Part shown: piece after piece, positions 11,331-28,189 of the stretch | How positions within the stretch are numbered: position 1 is the stretch's first letter | Layout of the letters: every line of letters starts with the position of its first letter | From: Vitrella brassicaformis CCMP3155 | Taxonomy: Eukaryota > Protista > Chromerida | DNA: 64,000 nucleotides | Assembly: GCA_001179505.1 (NCBI GenBank) | Contig: CDMY01000666.1 | Location: 1 to 64,000 of the forward strand | Direction: 5' to 3' | Notes under the pieces: generated by a model | Told to the model about the DNA's origin: nothing | Seen by the model: only the letters and a program-made list of their open reading frames with translations | Database searches by the model: none | Made by a program: the position numbers and the translations under genes

Positions 11331-12587
11331 CCCTGTCCGTCGTCTGTTGGCTGGCTGGTCGCTGCCTGTGGTGCTATGTGTGTTTGTGGGTCGATTGGTT
11401 GCGCTGCTGAGCCTGGATGGATGGATGGATGGATTTGCTACACGTACGCAGCTGTGCACCAGTTGTGATGCCACGCTCACCTAGTGCCCACTCACTCACT
11501 CACTCACGCGGCCCATTTCATGTTTGTGTGCCTACTCAGACAGAGAGACAGACAGACACACACACAGACGGTGTGTGTGTGGGGTGCGTGGGCATCACCG
11601 CCTCCCTTTTACGGCTGTGTGGCCCGTGAGAGGTGGTTTGCTGACTCTGTGTGGCGCCGCCCGTCCCCCGGCTGTTTCCTCTCCACTTGTCACGTACGAG
11701 AGGAGACGGCCGGGCGATTGGCCGACTGCCATCTCCCCCTCTCCCTCTCTCCCTTTCTCTCTCCCTCTCCGTGGTGTGAGTGTGGCGGGCGGGATGTGTC
11801 CATTTGTGAATGGGCGGGCTCGTGTGGTGTGTGCCGGGGAAGGCGAGGGGCTCGTGTGGTGTGTGTGTGTGGGCGGGGCTGTTATGTAACATAAGCGCGT
11901 CACACACGTCGCGCGTTTTGTCGGAAAGACACGTAAGTCCACATAAGCGTGTCGTTTGTACATTGGTGACTGACGGCCTTCATTCTTCTGCTTTCAAGTG
12001 AACTCATTTGGGAGTCTGCCTATGTCTGATGCCCACCCACACACAGCCAGGCAGGCAGACAGACAGATGAAGGGATGGGCTCAGCAGCTGAGCTGCCTGG
12101 CGTGTCGAGTGTCCTGTCGGTTATCTATCTGCTATCTCCTTTTGGACAGAGGGTCTCCCTCCGTCCCTCCCCTCTCTCTCTCTCTCCCTCTCCCTCTCTC
12201 TCTCTCTCGGTTGGGGTCAGTCAATATCTATTCAGCACTGATGGTGATTTGTGTTTCGTCGTGTGAGTGAATCATCGATCTCTCTAGAGAGACTGCACCG
12301 ACACACAACAGACACACACACACGCACACACGAGGAGGGAGGCAGGCAGGCAGGGAGGGAGGGATAAGGGCAGGAAGAACGACACACTCATCTTGTGACC
12401 CAAAGAGAGAGTCTCCGATGAGCTAGGTAGCTGCTTTAAGCAATGCCCTCCCTCCCTCCCTCCCTGTGTCCCTGTGTCCCTCCCTCCCTGTCCGTCGTCT
12501 GTTGGCTGGCTGGTCGCTGCCTGTGGTGCTATGTGTGTTTGTGGGTCGATTGGTTGCGCTGCTGAGCCTGGATGGATGGATGGATGG
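11331..12587. repeat. ~100-bp direct repeat (11331-11432 and 12486-12587) in non-coding DNA
   Basis: ccctgtccgtcgtctgttggctggctggtcgctgcctgtggtgctatgtgtgtttgtgggtcgattggttgcgctgctgagcctggatgg... occurs twice. Confidence 0.85.
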
Positions 12588-13818
12588 TTTCGTGTGCCTG
12601 CACGTGTGTGAGCGAGACATAGCAAGGAAAGAGTGTGGTGGTAGAGAGAGAGAGAGATGTCGCGTGCGTCGCTGTGTGTGCCTGAGGGCATGCGACTTGC
12701 TGTTTTTTCCCCACTTCTGATGCGTGTGGTCACCCAGACAGACACACACGTACATCTTCTTTCTCTACTTTGCCAATGCGTTGCAGATGGATGGATGGAT
12801 GGATGCCGCCCCGCTCCGCCTCCATGCGCCTTACATGCCCCTTGGCCCCCCCGCTGTCTGCGTGTGTGTGTGTTCGGCTGTGCCACGACACGGACCACAA
12901 CACACAGCAGAGGCCAGGCAGACACATGTGTGATGCTGCATGGCAGACAGGGAGTGTGGGTGATGGGGAGATGCCGTGCGCTCGCCTCTGTTTTTCAGCA
13001 ATTCTGCCCGTTCGTGTGCAGTGTGGGACGGCTGGCCAGTGTCCTCTAATCGTTGCTACCCGACGTGCTGCTGTGTCCTCTGTACGGTGGCACCACATGA
13101 GTTTCTTTTTCCACCTGTGTCCACTGACAGCATGGCTGGATGACTGCGTGGGTGCTGTGGGCCTGAATGACGTGACGTGGACGGTGCTGGTGATTCGCAC
13201 GTGGTCGCCTGGCAATTTTGTCGTATGGCCGGTGTGTGGCTGTGCATATGGATGGATGGATGGCTGGATGGCTGAATCAATGAATGAATGAATGAATGAG
13301 GAAAGGGCCGAGGGTTCTTTTTTGCTGTGGTGACCGACTCTGCACACGTCATGAATTAACGCTGAAGGGCCTCCCTTAGTTCGTCCATCATAGCATAGCA
13401 TAGCGTCTTTTTGCTGGTCGACAACAGACAGCGCCCTCTCACCCCACTAAGCGACCTGACGGCATCCATCCACAGCCAAGCACAGTGCCAAAACAGTCAT
13501 GAAAAGGTGAAAACGTATCCTCACGCACACACACAGACAGACACACACACATGCACACAGGGAGTGGGTCTCAGCCTCATCAGCCAGCCGCCCATCAATC
13601 GTCAGCATATCACTCACTCTCAATAAACGCATTGAGAGAGCGGCAAACAAGCGACAGACAGACGGGACGGCCGCCGAACTTACCTTGGCTATCTGTTATG
13701 TCAGCCCCCCTAGCCAAGCTACTAGATGGGTCGACTCGGCCTTGGGAATGTCATCATGCAACCCACCCACCCACGTGTGTGTGTGCGTGCAGTGTGGGGC
13801 TGCCCACCTGTTAGTTCG

Positions 13819-17225
<3,407 letters not shown>

Positions 17226-17281
17226 TTTGCCGGGATCTGCGCGCTTAGAATTGGCGAGCTTGAAGGTGGGAGGTAAGCGAA

Positions 17282-20200
17282 ATGGAGCCTAGAGATGCCT
17301 ATCAGGAGCTGGACGACATCCACCGAGGCATCCTTGCACTGCAGAAAGAGGTGCCGCGTCAGAGAGATGTGGCCAACGCCATCAGCCACCTCACGGACAA
17401 ACAGGTGGAACTGCAGTATACAGCCGGGGCAGGGCTGCCGAAGGGAGGGGGATCGGGGGGGCCACTCTCCAGTCGGTTGGCCGTCATATGCTATGCGCAG
17501 ACACACATACACGGCATCCCCTTCGATGGGGCGCTGAAAAGGTAAGGTCAGCTCACGTGGGGCTCCTGTGTTCATGGCTGTACGTGCTTGTGTGTGCATG
17601 TATTTGTGTGTGCAGGGTGCTCAAGAAGCGGGCGAATGTGTTGCCGAGTGCCGGATGGTCGTCAGGAGCCAAGCAGAGGAAGTTTCTGCAGGAGGCGACA
17701 CTTGCAGCACTCGCCCCGACAAATCGATGGGGGCCTGGCGGCCTGAAGGTACCACAGCACGTTATGGACCAATCCATCACCAGCTATTCGATTGCCGTTT
17801 GTGTCTGTGTGACCACCAGTCGTATCTTGAGAAAGGAGTTGCGAAGGAGGCGACCAAGGCGCTCACACAGGGCGAAAGTCAAACTGGGAAAGGCCTCACA
17901 CACGACGAGGCGGCAGCCTTCCTGGTCACGGAGGATGCGCATGCCGTGTCTACAACAGACAACGACGTCACCAAGAAACTTCAGGCCAGCTTCACCGAGC
18001 CTGCCCTTTCGGCTCTCGTCCACACCCACTTCGGCACACGCAGGCCTCCAGAGTCCATGCTGAGGCACATCCACGAGCAGACGATGATCGAGTGCGCACA
18101 GAAAGGCATCCCGCCCCCATCAATGGACAGCCGGGGGGAGGAGGGGCTCGTCAATGTGCTGGCTGATGCGCTGACAATCGATTTGGAAAAAGTCGAGTAT
18201 CCCTTTCGCGAAACGGCGAAGCGGCCGGGGTTTGTGAGTGTACAGGTGACCACGCGGCTGCCGACGGCCATTTGGGACCCTGTCGATCCGTCCAAGAAGT
18301 CCATCACGAGCAACGAGCTGTCGAGCGGCGTGTTTGTGGCCAGATGTGACTTTGAGCCGGGGACGGTGCGGCACCTCAGATTCACCATCTCGCACAACCA
18401 ACTGATCAAGTGAGACAGCATACGAAGCCGCCCAAAACTGTCACTCGGTGTGTATCTGTGGTTGGTCAGGACGTTGGTGGGACATCTGGCGCAACCTGAG
18501 GCATCCTTTGAGAGGCGGCTGCGCAAGAAGTTCTCCGACGGCGAGGCGCAGTGTGCCCTCATCAAACATGCTGTCGCAGACCTGTGCAGGAGGTGCGCAG
18601 CCACACACTAGCACACACAAGAGAGCTGCTATCCTTCTTATCTGTGTCAGATCTCCACTGATCGCTCCAACAGACAGGTCTCATCGACAGGCGGCCAAGG
18701 ACGCCTCCCGCGCCCCCTCCTCCCTTCTCCCAGACACCAGCGTGACTGAGTGGCGGCAGCCGACAGCAGCGGATGTTGCGTCAAGGTCTTCGGCAAAGAA
18801 GTCAACACTCGCGCCGCACGGCCACAAGAGCGAGGGCGGGAGGGAAGAGGGAAGGCGCATTGGGTTGGGAAAAGGGATGGGGGAGCTGCTGGACTTGCTC
18901 ATGGGGCAGCTGAGCCGATTTGCTAAGGTCGTGGGACCGTTCCTGCAGGTGGGTGTCTGTGTCTCCTCTATGCGTGGGATCGCATGGGGCACTGTTGTGC
19001 GCTTGTGTCTGTCTGTCTCAGGGGGCCCCTGGCTGTGTAGACTTGATATCTCTCGGCGTGCTGCGGATAATGGATGACGTCATCGACACATACGAGAACC
19101 AAATGGAAGAGGTGCACCCACAGCCCAAGCCACAGACGCCCATGGATCGATGGCATCGACAACGTACGTATGTGTGTGTGTGTACGTCTGTGTTAGGACA
19201 GCGATGGGCACAGGCGGGCGCTGAGTGAGAAGGACAGAGAGATCGACGACCTCCTGGAGCGCCAGAAGCAGAACGAAGGGGCGGGGTCTGCCTACATGAA
19301 GCTGAAGGAAAAGTACCGAGAGCTCAAGGAGGAGATGCAGAAACAGGAAGACATGTGGTGAGCACGCCACGCACACACACAGGCAGTCAGGCAGGCTGCA
19401 CTTGCACTTGGATCGAGCGACCCTTTGTGGGTGTGTTGCAGGTCTGACTTGTTGCGGCAGAAGAATGACTTGGAGGTGGAGAATGAGGAGCTGCACGACC
19501 GGGTGGAAGAGATGGAAAGGATCATCAAAGCCTCCCAGGAAGGTACAAATGAGTGGAGTGGTGGAAATGGCGGTGATGGATGGCTGCTACACGCACTGGC
19601 AGGAATGGATGAGCCTCCCGCCGAGCCATCGACGGGCACGCTACAGAGCCCTAAGATACCTGGTGCTGTGCCGCCAGCCGATGGGATCAGCAGGCGCAAG
19701 TCGATGATGTACATCATGCAGAAGATGGTCATGCGCATGCCGGCAGCCACACAGACGGGCGACCTGAGTGAGCACGACGACCAGCGGGAGATCCATAGCC
19801 TCTTCGACGGCCTCAGTTTTTTTCAGGTGGGTGCATGCTACACACAGCACAAGTCATGTCTCACTTAATCCAAGATCGTCTGTTTATTTTGATGCGTGTG
19901 TGTGCGTGTGTGTGTGTCTGTAGGATAGGACGGCAGACTTTCTGTATGATCCCGTGAAGAGGAGATACAAGAGAAGGGCCGCAGCGGTACGAGCCTCACG
20001 ACGATCGGTGGCAATGTTGTGTCATGTCTCGTCCCTGATGTCTGCTGGCAGGAGGAGGGACTAGACGTGATGTCGAAACAAAGGTAGTCGATTACCACTC
20101 TGCACATTTCTTTCAAAGAGGCGTATGGCTGCATCTCTTTTTTGTGCAGGGACAAAGTGAAGAAGACGCTCACGGCACTCTGCCAAGCTCAGATGGATAG

Positions 20201-22877
20201 CATTGCCCAAAAGGCTGGGCCGTCCCTGGGTGACTCACGCAAAGCCATCCAACAAGCACTCACCGACCAGGCAGACGCTAGGTACGCCATCCACATGTGA
20301 TATCGAACACCCCTGTTCGAAGCGTGTGTGCGTGCGAATATGCAGGTATCGTTCTCTCGTGGATCGGCTGGATCAGTCATATGAGCTGTACGAGGGCGAA
20401 TACAAGGCACTGTCCGCCTCACTCAAGAAGCTGCAGGTGGGTTTAGGTGCCCCCGCCCGTTGCGTGGGCCGACACTTTCGGATGCGTTTGCTATTCTCCT
20501 TTTCTATGGAGCAGCAAGAGAAGTCCATTGTGGGTCTGAGTGAGGAGGTCTCGCCACTCAGATCGAACAAGGAGACGCAAACAGATGCGGTGAGACAAGG
20601 AGGAGGGGCCCACCTGTGTGCGCGTCGCTGTGTGTCATCCTGTCTGTCTGCTTGTGTGTCAGTCTCTCAAGGCGACTGTGGCCAAGCGTGTGCGTCGCAT
20701 GAGTCAGGAGGACTTCCTCAAAGACACCGGCACAAAGCCATCCACACTCACCAAAGAACAGGTATCCCGCACATACACAATCCTACGATCTAGAAGAGCC
20801 CGCAGACATCTGGTTGATGGATCAGTTTGCCGCTGAGGGCAGAGACATCCTCGTCACATGGGCCAGCCGACTGCTCAAAGCAAGCGAGCCCATGCAGACA
20901 CATAGATGGACGCCCATGCAATGTCCTGTCTCTGCTGCTAATCGGCTTTTCAGGAGCAAGAGGGTCCGCTGTCCGGTGTTAATCGCTATCGGCTGACGCA
21001 GCACCTCACCACCTACTACCTGCGGAAATACGGCCTCGTCTCCCTCACCAATGCGGCCAAACAGAACTTCAGCAGCGCCGTCACCGGGCAGCTGAGCAGC
21101 AACCACTTCGCACAGCTAATCATCAGGCACGCACAACTCACATGACACACAAGCATTGACACCTCCTTGTCTCACGTGGGGTGATGAATCGACCGTCAGG
21201 ATGTTGTGCGACGAGACTGACGACGCCGACTCATACCCCTTGCCGGACTTTCTCGAGTCCAAGATGCAGCACCAGTTCATCAACAAGGGCCACTCACACA
21301 CTAACGGCTCGACAGACTTTGCCAACGAAGGATTCCTGCGCCTGAAATTTCGCAAGTTGGGGAGGCTGGCAGCTCAGCAGACGTCTCTCGCTGTGCGGCT
21401 GCTGCACGAAATGGACACCATTTGGAAGGGCGACAAGGACAGCAAGAAGACAAAGAGGCGGAGCGGGCCAACGGGCGAAGTGCAGGGCGTGGATGTGTGC
21501 CTGCAAGCGGCGAATGCGTGAGGGACCATTGCGTGCAAGGCGAATGAAATGTGTGTTGGCTCTTTTCAAAACGTCAGGCTTTTGAAGGATGCATCGCCTG
21601 TGCTGACACATGAGTTCCACCGATGTCTGGCAGACTTTGCCCACATGGAGTCAGAAGCCGCCGCCACTCCAAATGGCGACGTAGGCACAAAAGATAACAA
21701 GGAAGAGCCACATCCCACCGTGCTTGTGTGTCCTGCTTGCTGTCTCTATGCAGGGCAGTCGCACGTCGTCTGGCGATCCTCTGGTGCGCCTGGCTGCGTT
21801 GGTGGGGATGTGCATCGTCAGCTACATGAAGAAGGCAAAGCCGCACACAGTCGTCGCCGGCACCTGGCCAGTGGACTCATGGCAGCTCATTGCCAAGGGT
21901 GGGCTGAAGAGCGGGAAGAGGAGTAAAGGGTGCTTGTGTGCATTCCTTGGATGTGTGTGTCTGCGGGCGTCAGGCGAAGAGAATGCCTCATTTGAGAGTG
22001 TCTACAAGTGGCTGAGACACAAGGCCAAAGTGCACTTCAACCGGGTGAGCGCACTGGCCGTCTCTTATCCAACCGATTACTTGGACACCTTACGTGTGCA
22101 TGTCAGAGTGAGATATCTGCCGTGTTTGCTCGGGAAGGTCTCGTCGACAAGGACAGTGCCGCGGACGGGGCAAATGCGACCGTCAGCGGACCCGCGTTCA
22201 GGAGACTTTTCATGTAATGAGAGACTGCACGGGCAGACAGATGAGAGTGTCTGGACGGTGTCTGTGTGCGCGTGTGTGTGGAATGGTGTCAGGAAGACCA
22301 TGACAGCCGATTATGCGTGTGTCGTGTCCGACGCGTCTGCCATGTGGTGCATAGTCATCGCGGCGGTGCAGGAGCACTATCACAAAGCCGACGTCATCAA
22401 CACCATATTCGACCAATTCGCCACCTCTGGTAAGGTTACAGAGACAAAGAGGGAGAGACATGAATACGGTCCTCTATGCTTGTGGTGTCTGTCGATGTGA
22501 TGTGATGTGGCGAGCAGGTGACGGCCTGTTGCAGCTGGATGAGTTTTCTGCTTTCATGCGGCACCTCGACAGCAACGTCTCCGAGAGCACCATCGAGTCC
22601 ATCTACGTCACATCCATCGACTACGGTACGCCACGTGTCCCGTGTCTCACCTCTCTTCTCTTCATTACCTTGTGCCTCTGTTCATCTCTCAGGCGAGGCT
22701 GACGCCTTCAGCAAGGCAGGTCTGCTGGCATGTCTGGAGGACTTCTCCTTCTTCGCTTCGCCCAACTTCCTGTCTCGGTCTGAGGAGCTGATCGAGCTGG
22801 CGAGGAGGCAAGAGCCATCCCTCACGCCCCTGAGCCACAGCAGCAGCAGCAGCAGCTCTGCATCGGGGCGTGATTGA
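17282..22877 (+). CDS. Large multi-exon coiled-coil protein with a C-terminal EF-hand-like motif (could be two genes)
   Basis: Long run of GT-AG-bounded exons. Heptad-rich stretches: EKDREIDDLLERQK...KLKEKYRELKEEM, LRQKNDLEVENEELHDRVEEMERII, YEGEYKALSASLKKLQ. EF-hand-like INTIFDQFATS|GDGLLQLDEFSAFMRHLD. Confidence 0.6.
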
Positions 22878-23374
22878 TATGATGCTCGTGTGATCCCATT
22901 CGCTTTCATTGTGGGTGCCTTCGGTCAGTGTACAGTGAGCAGATTTGAGCTGTCAGTGACATGACGGACACTTGGGTGGGTCCAATACATTGTCCTGTGC
23001 TGACGTGGGAACAATATACGAAGAGACACCACAATATAAAATGTAGGCAACGATGAGCAAAAGGAGAGGGGATGGGAATCTGCCGGTCGCTCGGCCGCGC
23101 TCTCTGTGTGTGTCACAGAGGAGAGAAAACAGCCGAGCCGTTCACCCTTTCCAAACAATACACAGCCAGACAGAGCGACAGCAGGAAAGTCAGTCAGTCA
23201 GTCGAACCCTTCCCCCCTCCCCATACGCACGCACACCCGCGTGACTTAGTCTGTGTTTGCGTCTATCTGGCCTTCCTCCTTGCTGTGACACATTCAGGTC
23301 CCCTCTGCACAGCCACACACAACAAACACGACAGAGAATGAACATACACAGGTGCGTCTGTCTGTGTGTGCGGC

Positions 23375-24823
23375 TTACCATAAGAGGAATGGTGCCAAGA
23401 GTGCCGCAAACAGGCCATTGGCCGCCAGGTACAGGACAGGTGGCAGCGGGTGGGGGACGTAGATCTCCCAGTCCCCAACCACCCTGAACCACCAGCCGTC
23501 CAGTGGGTTGTCGCTCACCGCCTCCCAACGCGACGCACGGGCAGCCTGAGGCTCACACGTCGCAGCCGCCGCCTCGCCCCCAGCCGCGGCCTCGGCCTCT
23601 CCTTCACCATCGCTCGCCCCCGCCTTCGCCCCCTCGGCCTCTCCCCCACCCTGTCCCTCCTCCTCCTGCTGCTGCTGCTCCCGGACTGGCGGAAGCTGCG
23701 GCTGACTGGCGCGCCGGGGCGCCACGGGCGACGCCACTCCTGTGCCGTTGGTGACGCTCGGGCGGCGTGAGCCGCTGGCTGGGCTCTCGGGCATGTCCGT
23801 CTGCCCCGACTCAAAGAGAGTCGAGGCAGACGGGCGGACAGCGGGAGGGCCTGGCTTGGCCTCCTTGGCGTCGACTCGGAGCTTGAGGGCCTCGATGAAG
23901 GGTGCGGGGATGGCAAAGTAGGGGGTGATGGTGGGGTGACGGTGGTGGGTGGCTTGGGGACGGTGAAGGTCCAGGTGCGGCCGCTGTACCAGGAGCGCAC
24001 CGTCCTGCAGGCGAGTCGGTACCGGGACTCGAGCACGACTTTGTCGAACACGCTGCACTTATTCACACACACAGGTCACACCGAATGAATGAGCCATCCC
24101 TCCCTCCGTTTGTTGTGTGCCCATCATCCCTCTCGCCTGCCGCCTTACTCGTGGTTCGACGTCGTGTATTCGCCGTAGTGGGTGAAAGTGGGCGTCAGGA
24201 ACCGCCCCTTGACGTCGCCCAGGTAGGTCCGCTCGTGGACCGTCGCCTTCGGCACAGTGCTGCACACAGACAGAGATCCATCCATCCATCCATCCATCAT
24301 TGCCCAGCCCATCCATCCATCATCCTTTCTCGCACCCATCGTCCCACTTACGGCCCGTTTGCCGTGTATGGGGCGTAGGTCGTGGTGGTGGTGGTGGGAG
24401 GCGCCCCTTCAGCTTGCCGAGGTAGGTCCGCTCCCTCGTCAACTTCTTCTGCACACTCCTGCACATAGACAGACACAAACCATCCATCCATCCATCCACT
24501 TCCCCACCCACCGTCTCACTTACGTGCCACCTTGATTCTTCCAAGCAGAGACATCAGAATATAAAATGGAGACAACGATGGCCAAAAAGGTACCACTCCC
24601 TCACACACACTGCACACGTAGCACAGAGACGTCAAAGGGCAACATCGATCAGCCAGACAGAAATGGAAACACGTGTGGTGTGTGAGGCCATGTGTGGGTG
24701 GTGCTCGGTGGAAAACGGTTGACTGAATCGACAGCCAGCCACCAGCAACACGAAGGATCCGCCTCAGCCCCTGAATGCACACACAAGCAACAACACAAAC
24801 ATACAGAGCGGCCCTCCTCTCTC

Positions 24824-24871
<48 letters not shown>

Positions 24872-25697
24872 TGTGTGTGTATCTTACGTGAGGGCAAGGT
24901 ATATTGGGAGTCCCAGGAGGTAGACGGTGAGGCAGAGGAGGGGCACCCACCAGAGCCTTCTGTGTCGTGTAGGGGGCCTAGGTGGTGGTGGTTGACGGGG
25001 GAGGAGGTACTGGACGCGGGCCGAACAGACGATGGCGGCCATGTCGATGCTGCTACTGCTACTGTACTGTCGCTGCTGCTGCGATGGACTTGGTGGTGCC
25101 GTCCAAATTCACCAGCGAGGCTCGGCTCATGGTTGTCAAGCACGCTGCACTCCAGACAGATCACTTCATCAATGACCCATCCGTCCGTTTGCGTGCGCAT
25201 CATCGCTCTTGTCCGCCGTCTTACTCGTGGTTGGCGGTGGTGTATTTGCCGTACTGCGCCATTCGGGGCGAGAGGACGCCCACCTTGACCTCACCGAGGT
25301 AGGTCCTCGCTTCTCGACGAGCACGTTCTCCGGGACTCTGCACACCATCCATCCATGTCATAGTCGCCTATCCCATCCATGTGTCCATCCATCCATCGCC
25401 CGGCTTACAGGCCGTCCTGTGTGCGATAGATGGAGCAGCTGCACCGCCATGGGCACCCAAAATGGCGGCATGGTGGCCGTGGCCCGACAGGATGGCTGGG
25501 AAGGGCTGCTGGTGCTGCTGCATTCATCCACACGCACCACACCATCAGTGATCCATCCATCCATTTGCGTGTGTCATCCTACTTGTGTGTCCTTATTCGT
25601 AGTCGGCAGTCGTGTACGTGGCGAGGAGTCTCGTGGCGATGCGGGCCCTCACGCCTCAAGCCGGCTGTCTCCTTGGACCACACGTCCTTCAGAACCC
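23375..25697 (-). CDS. Inverted cluster of the same two-exon module genes; the distal gene looks intact and the proximal exons are degenerate
   Basis: 24261-24147 TVPKATVHERTYLGDVKGRFLTPTFTHYGEYTTSNH and 24058-23375 VFDKVVLESRYRLACRTVRSWYSGRTW...LYLAANGLFAALLAPFLLW parallel 10262-11163. Further exons with frameshifts or stops lie at ~24350-24458, 24900-25146, 25224-25340 and 25596-25697. Confidence 0.55.
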
Positions 25698-26559
25698 TGT
25701 ATGTGTCCACAGAGATCCATCCATCCATCTGTATTCCCGCCCATCGTCCCGCTTACCTCCCGTCGGGTGTAAGCGCTCTGTCTGTCTGTTTGTCTGCCTG
25801 CCTGCCAAATCCACCCCGCCACTCAATCTACACCAGCACTCGCCGCCGATATATATCATCACGCCGCACACGCACCACCGGTGAAGCACACACACACACA
25901 CACAGCACATCGGTCAGCACGGACCCACGGGGAGAGAAAGAGGTGTCCGGTAGGTGAAGGCATACCTACCGTACACAGGAAGGATACACCAGACAAAGAA
26001 AAGCGATAGTGCACGGCCTTGGGCGGGGGAAGGCGATACTCGTCGAGTGGGATGGAGCTCGAGGACGATGGGCGGAGGGCGTGATGGAGCTGCAGGACGA
26101 GTCACCACCCCTCGTCCATCCATTCCATCCATTCCTGCTCACTCACTCATCTGCGCAACCATGCCCAACCATCGTCAACGAACACACTGTTCACAGCCAG
26201 AATCGGCTCCAGGCGGGGTATCCATCACGTGTGCGGGCAGCTCTGGCATCCTGCGCGTAAAAATGAGGGAAAAAAATACCGCGCGTCTCGGCCGTCTCTT
26301 TTCTCGACGTCAACTTCAAGGCAGTCCTCCATTCATTCGTTGCGTGCAGCGTCATCTGAAAGCAAACTGAAAGAAACACGTGCCTTTCTTCCAGTGGAAA
26401 ATGGTTTGGTGCGCTGCTGCTGAACGGCAGGCAAGGAGCGAGGGCGTCTCACGTGCGTACCTCAAATGGCTGTGTCATGTCAGCCCACCAATCCATTTTA
26501 CACGTCCGTGTCAGCCGGCACCCACCCAGCCATCCCATGTATTTTTACACAACCCGCCC

Positions 26560-27845
26560 ACCTACACATCAATCAACGAACGCAGCCTCGCCCAACCAAT
26601 GAGTGTCCATATCAACGGACGCCCAGCCGTCCATTAATTCGCATGCGCGTACACACAATCGGCACACACGCAGAGCCGCCAGTCACACACAGCCGCTCTG
26701 GGGTACACACGGGGAATGGAAGAAAGGCAGACAGACAGCCAGGCAGCAGTGGATCTACTTACAAAGAAAACACACGACAGACATTGGATGGCTCCTATCA
26801 ATTGGCTAAATGGCCGGCCATCAAAGGAAAGCACATTATATATCCACTGAGATAGAGCACAAATGTTAAGCATGGGCAGTGATGAACAGCCTCACATGTG
26901 CACACCAGACCATGCACGACAAACACCAGGCGAAAGCCAGACTCACACCCATTAACACACCATTCACCCACCATTCACACACACGGCAGCACGATCAGTA
27001 GAGGGGCTCTCTTTTTCTCTCTCGTGTGTGTGAGTGTGTGTGCGTTATGGATGATATTATAGAGTACGTGGATCCATCCACTCACCGCCCACCCACTCCG
27101 TTCACTTGAGCGAGTCAGTCGAGCCGTTGTCTGTCTGTCTGTCTCTCTTGTCGGTTAGTCCGTCCACTCACACACATCCCAGGCCACACACACCACCCCT
27201 CCCCCTCCCAGCACTAGTTATCCACTAGTTATCCCATCACTGCCCCTCTCCTCAAGCTCAGTCAAAGAGCGGCCAAAGGTCAGAGCGGCAATGGGGCAAC
27301 TAGTGCTGGCAGAGGTGGGGTGGTGTGCGGTCGAATTGCACAGCCAGCCAAACAAAAACTCAACGAACGCAGCCTGGCCTCGCCCAACCAACGAGTGTCC
27401 ACATATATCCACACATACATACCCGCTCAAACGCAGCCAGCCGTCCATTAATGCGCATGTACGTACGTACAACACACGATCGGCACACACGCAGAGCCGC
27501 CATTCACACAGAGAGGCACTCTGGGGCACACACGGGGAGAGGAAGAAAGGCAGACAGACAGCCAGCCAGGCAGGTGTGTGTATATCTACTAGGAGTGTGC
27601 GTGTGTGGGTGGGTGGGCGGGAAGCCTCTGTCTCTCTGTCCGCTGTTTGTCTGTCTGTTCTGCCCCCCAACAAAACACACGACATTAGATGGCTCCTATC
27701 AATTGGCTAAATGGCCGGCCATCAAAGGAAAGCACATTATGTATTCACTGAGATAGAGCACAACATCAAGCATGAGCAGCACAGCCTCACATGTGCACAC
27801 CAGACCATGAACGATAACACCAAAGCCAGACCGACGCCCATTCAC
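26560..27845. repeat. Diverged ~400-480-bp direct repeat (~26560-26950 and ~27355-27845)
   Basis: Shared blocks include atggctcctatcaattggctaaatggccggccatcaaaggaaagcacattat, ctgagatagagcaca and acagcctcacatgtgcacaccagaccatg. Confidence 0.8.
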
Positions 27846-28189
27846 ACACACACACCGCAGCAGAACACCTCGGGTACGTGGGCTATCTGTCTCTATCGTG
27901 TCGGGGCGGGATTGACACTTGGCGCGCCCCTCCTTATAGTGCGTACCACCTGGCTGATGAATGACGGATCGTCCATCCATCCATCCGTCCATCCATCCAC
28001 CACCCACCACATCTATCTGCCGGATACTGTACACTCTCCCGGTCTCCCACCTTTCCACCACTCGACCAACACTCAAGCTATACAATTGCGTGTGTGCATG
28101 GATGTCATCCATCCTCCCGGCCCCGTGTTCCCATCCATCCATCGCATCCATCAGCCACACACACACCCCAGCCATGATGACTTGGCTGT

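Noticed and set aside
11400-13700. Additional genes in this interval, and likewise in 48900-50500 and 53400-54700
   Set aside because: Dominated by simple repeats, with no exon chain or recognisable protein motif.
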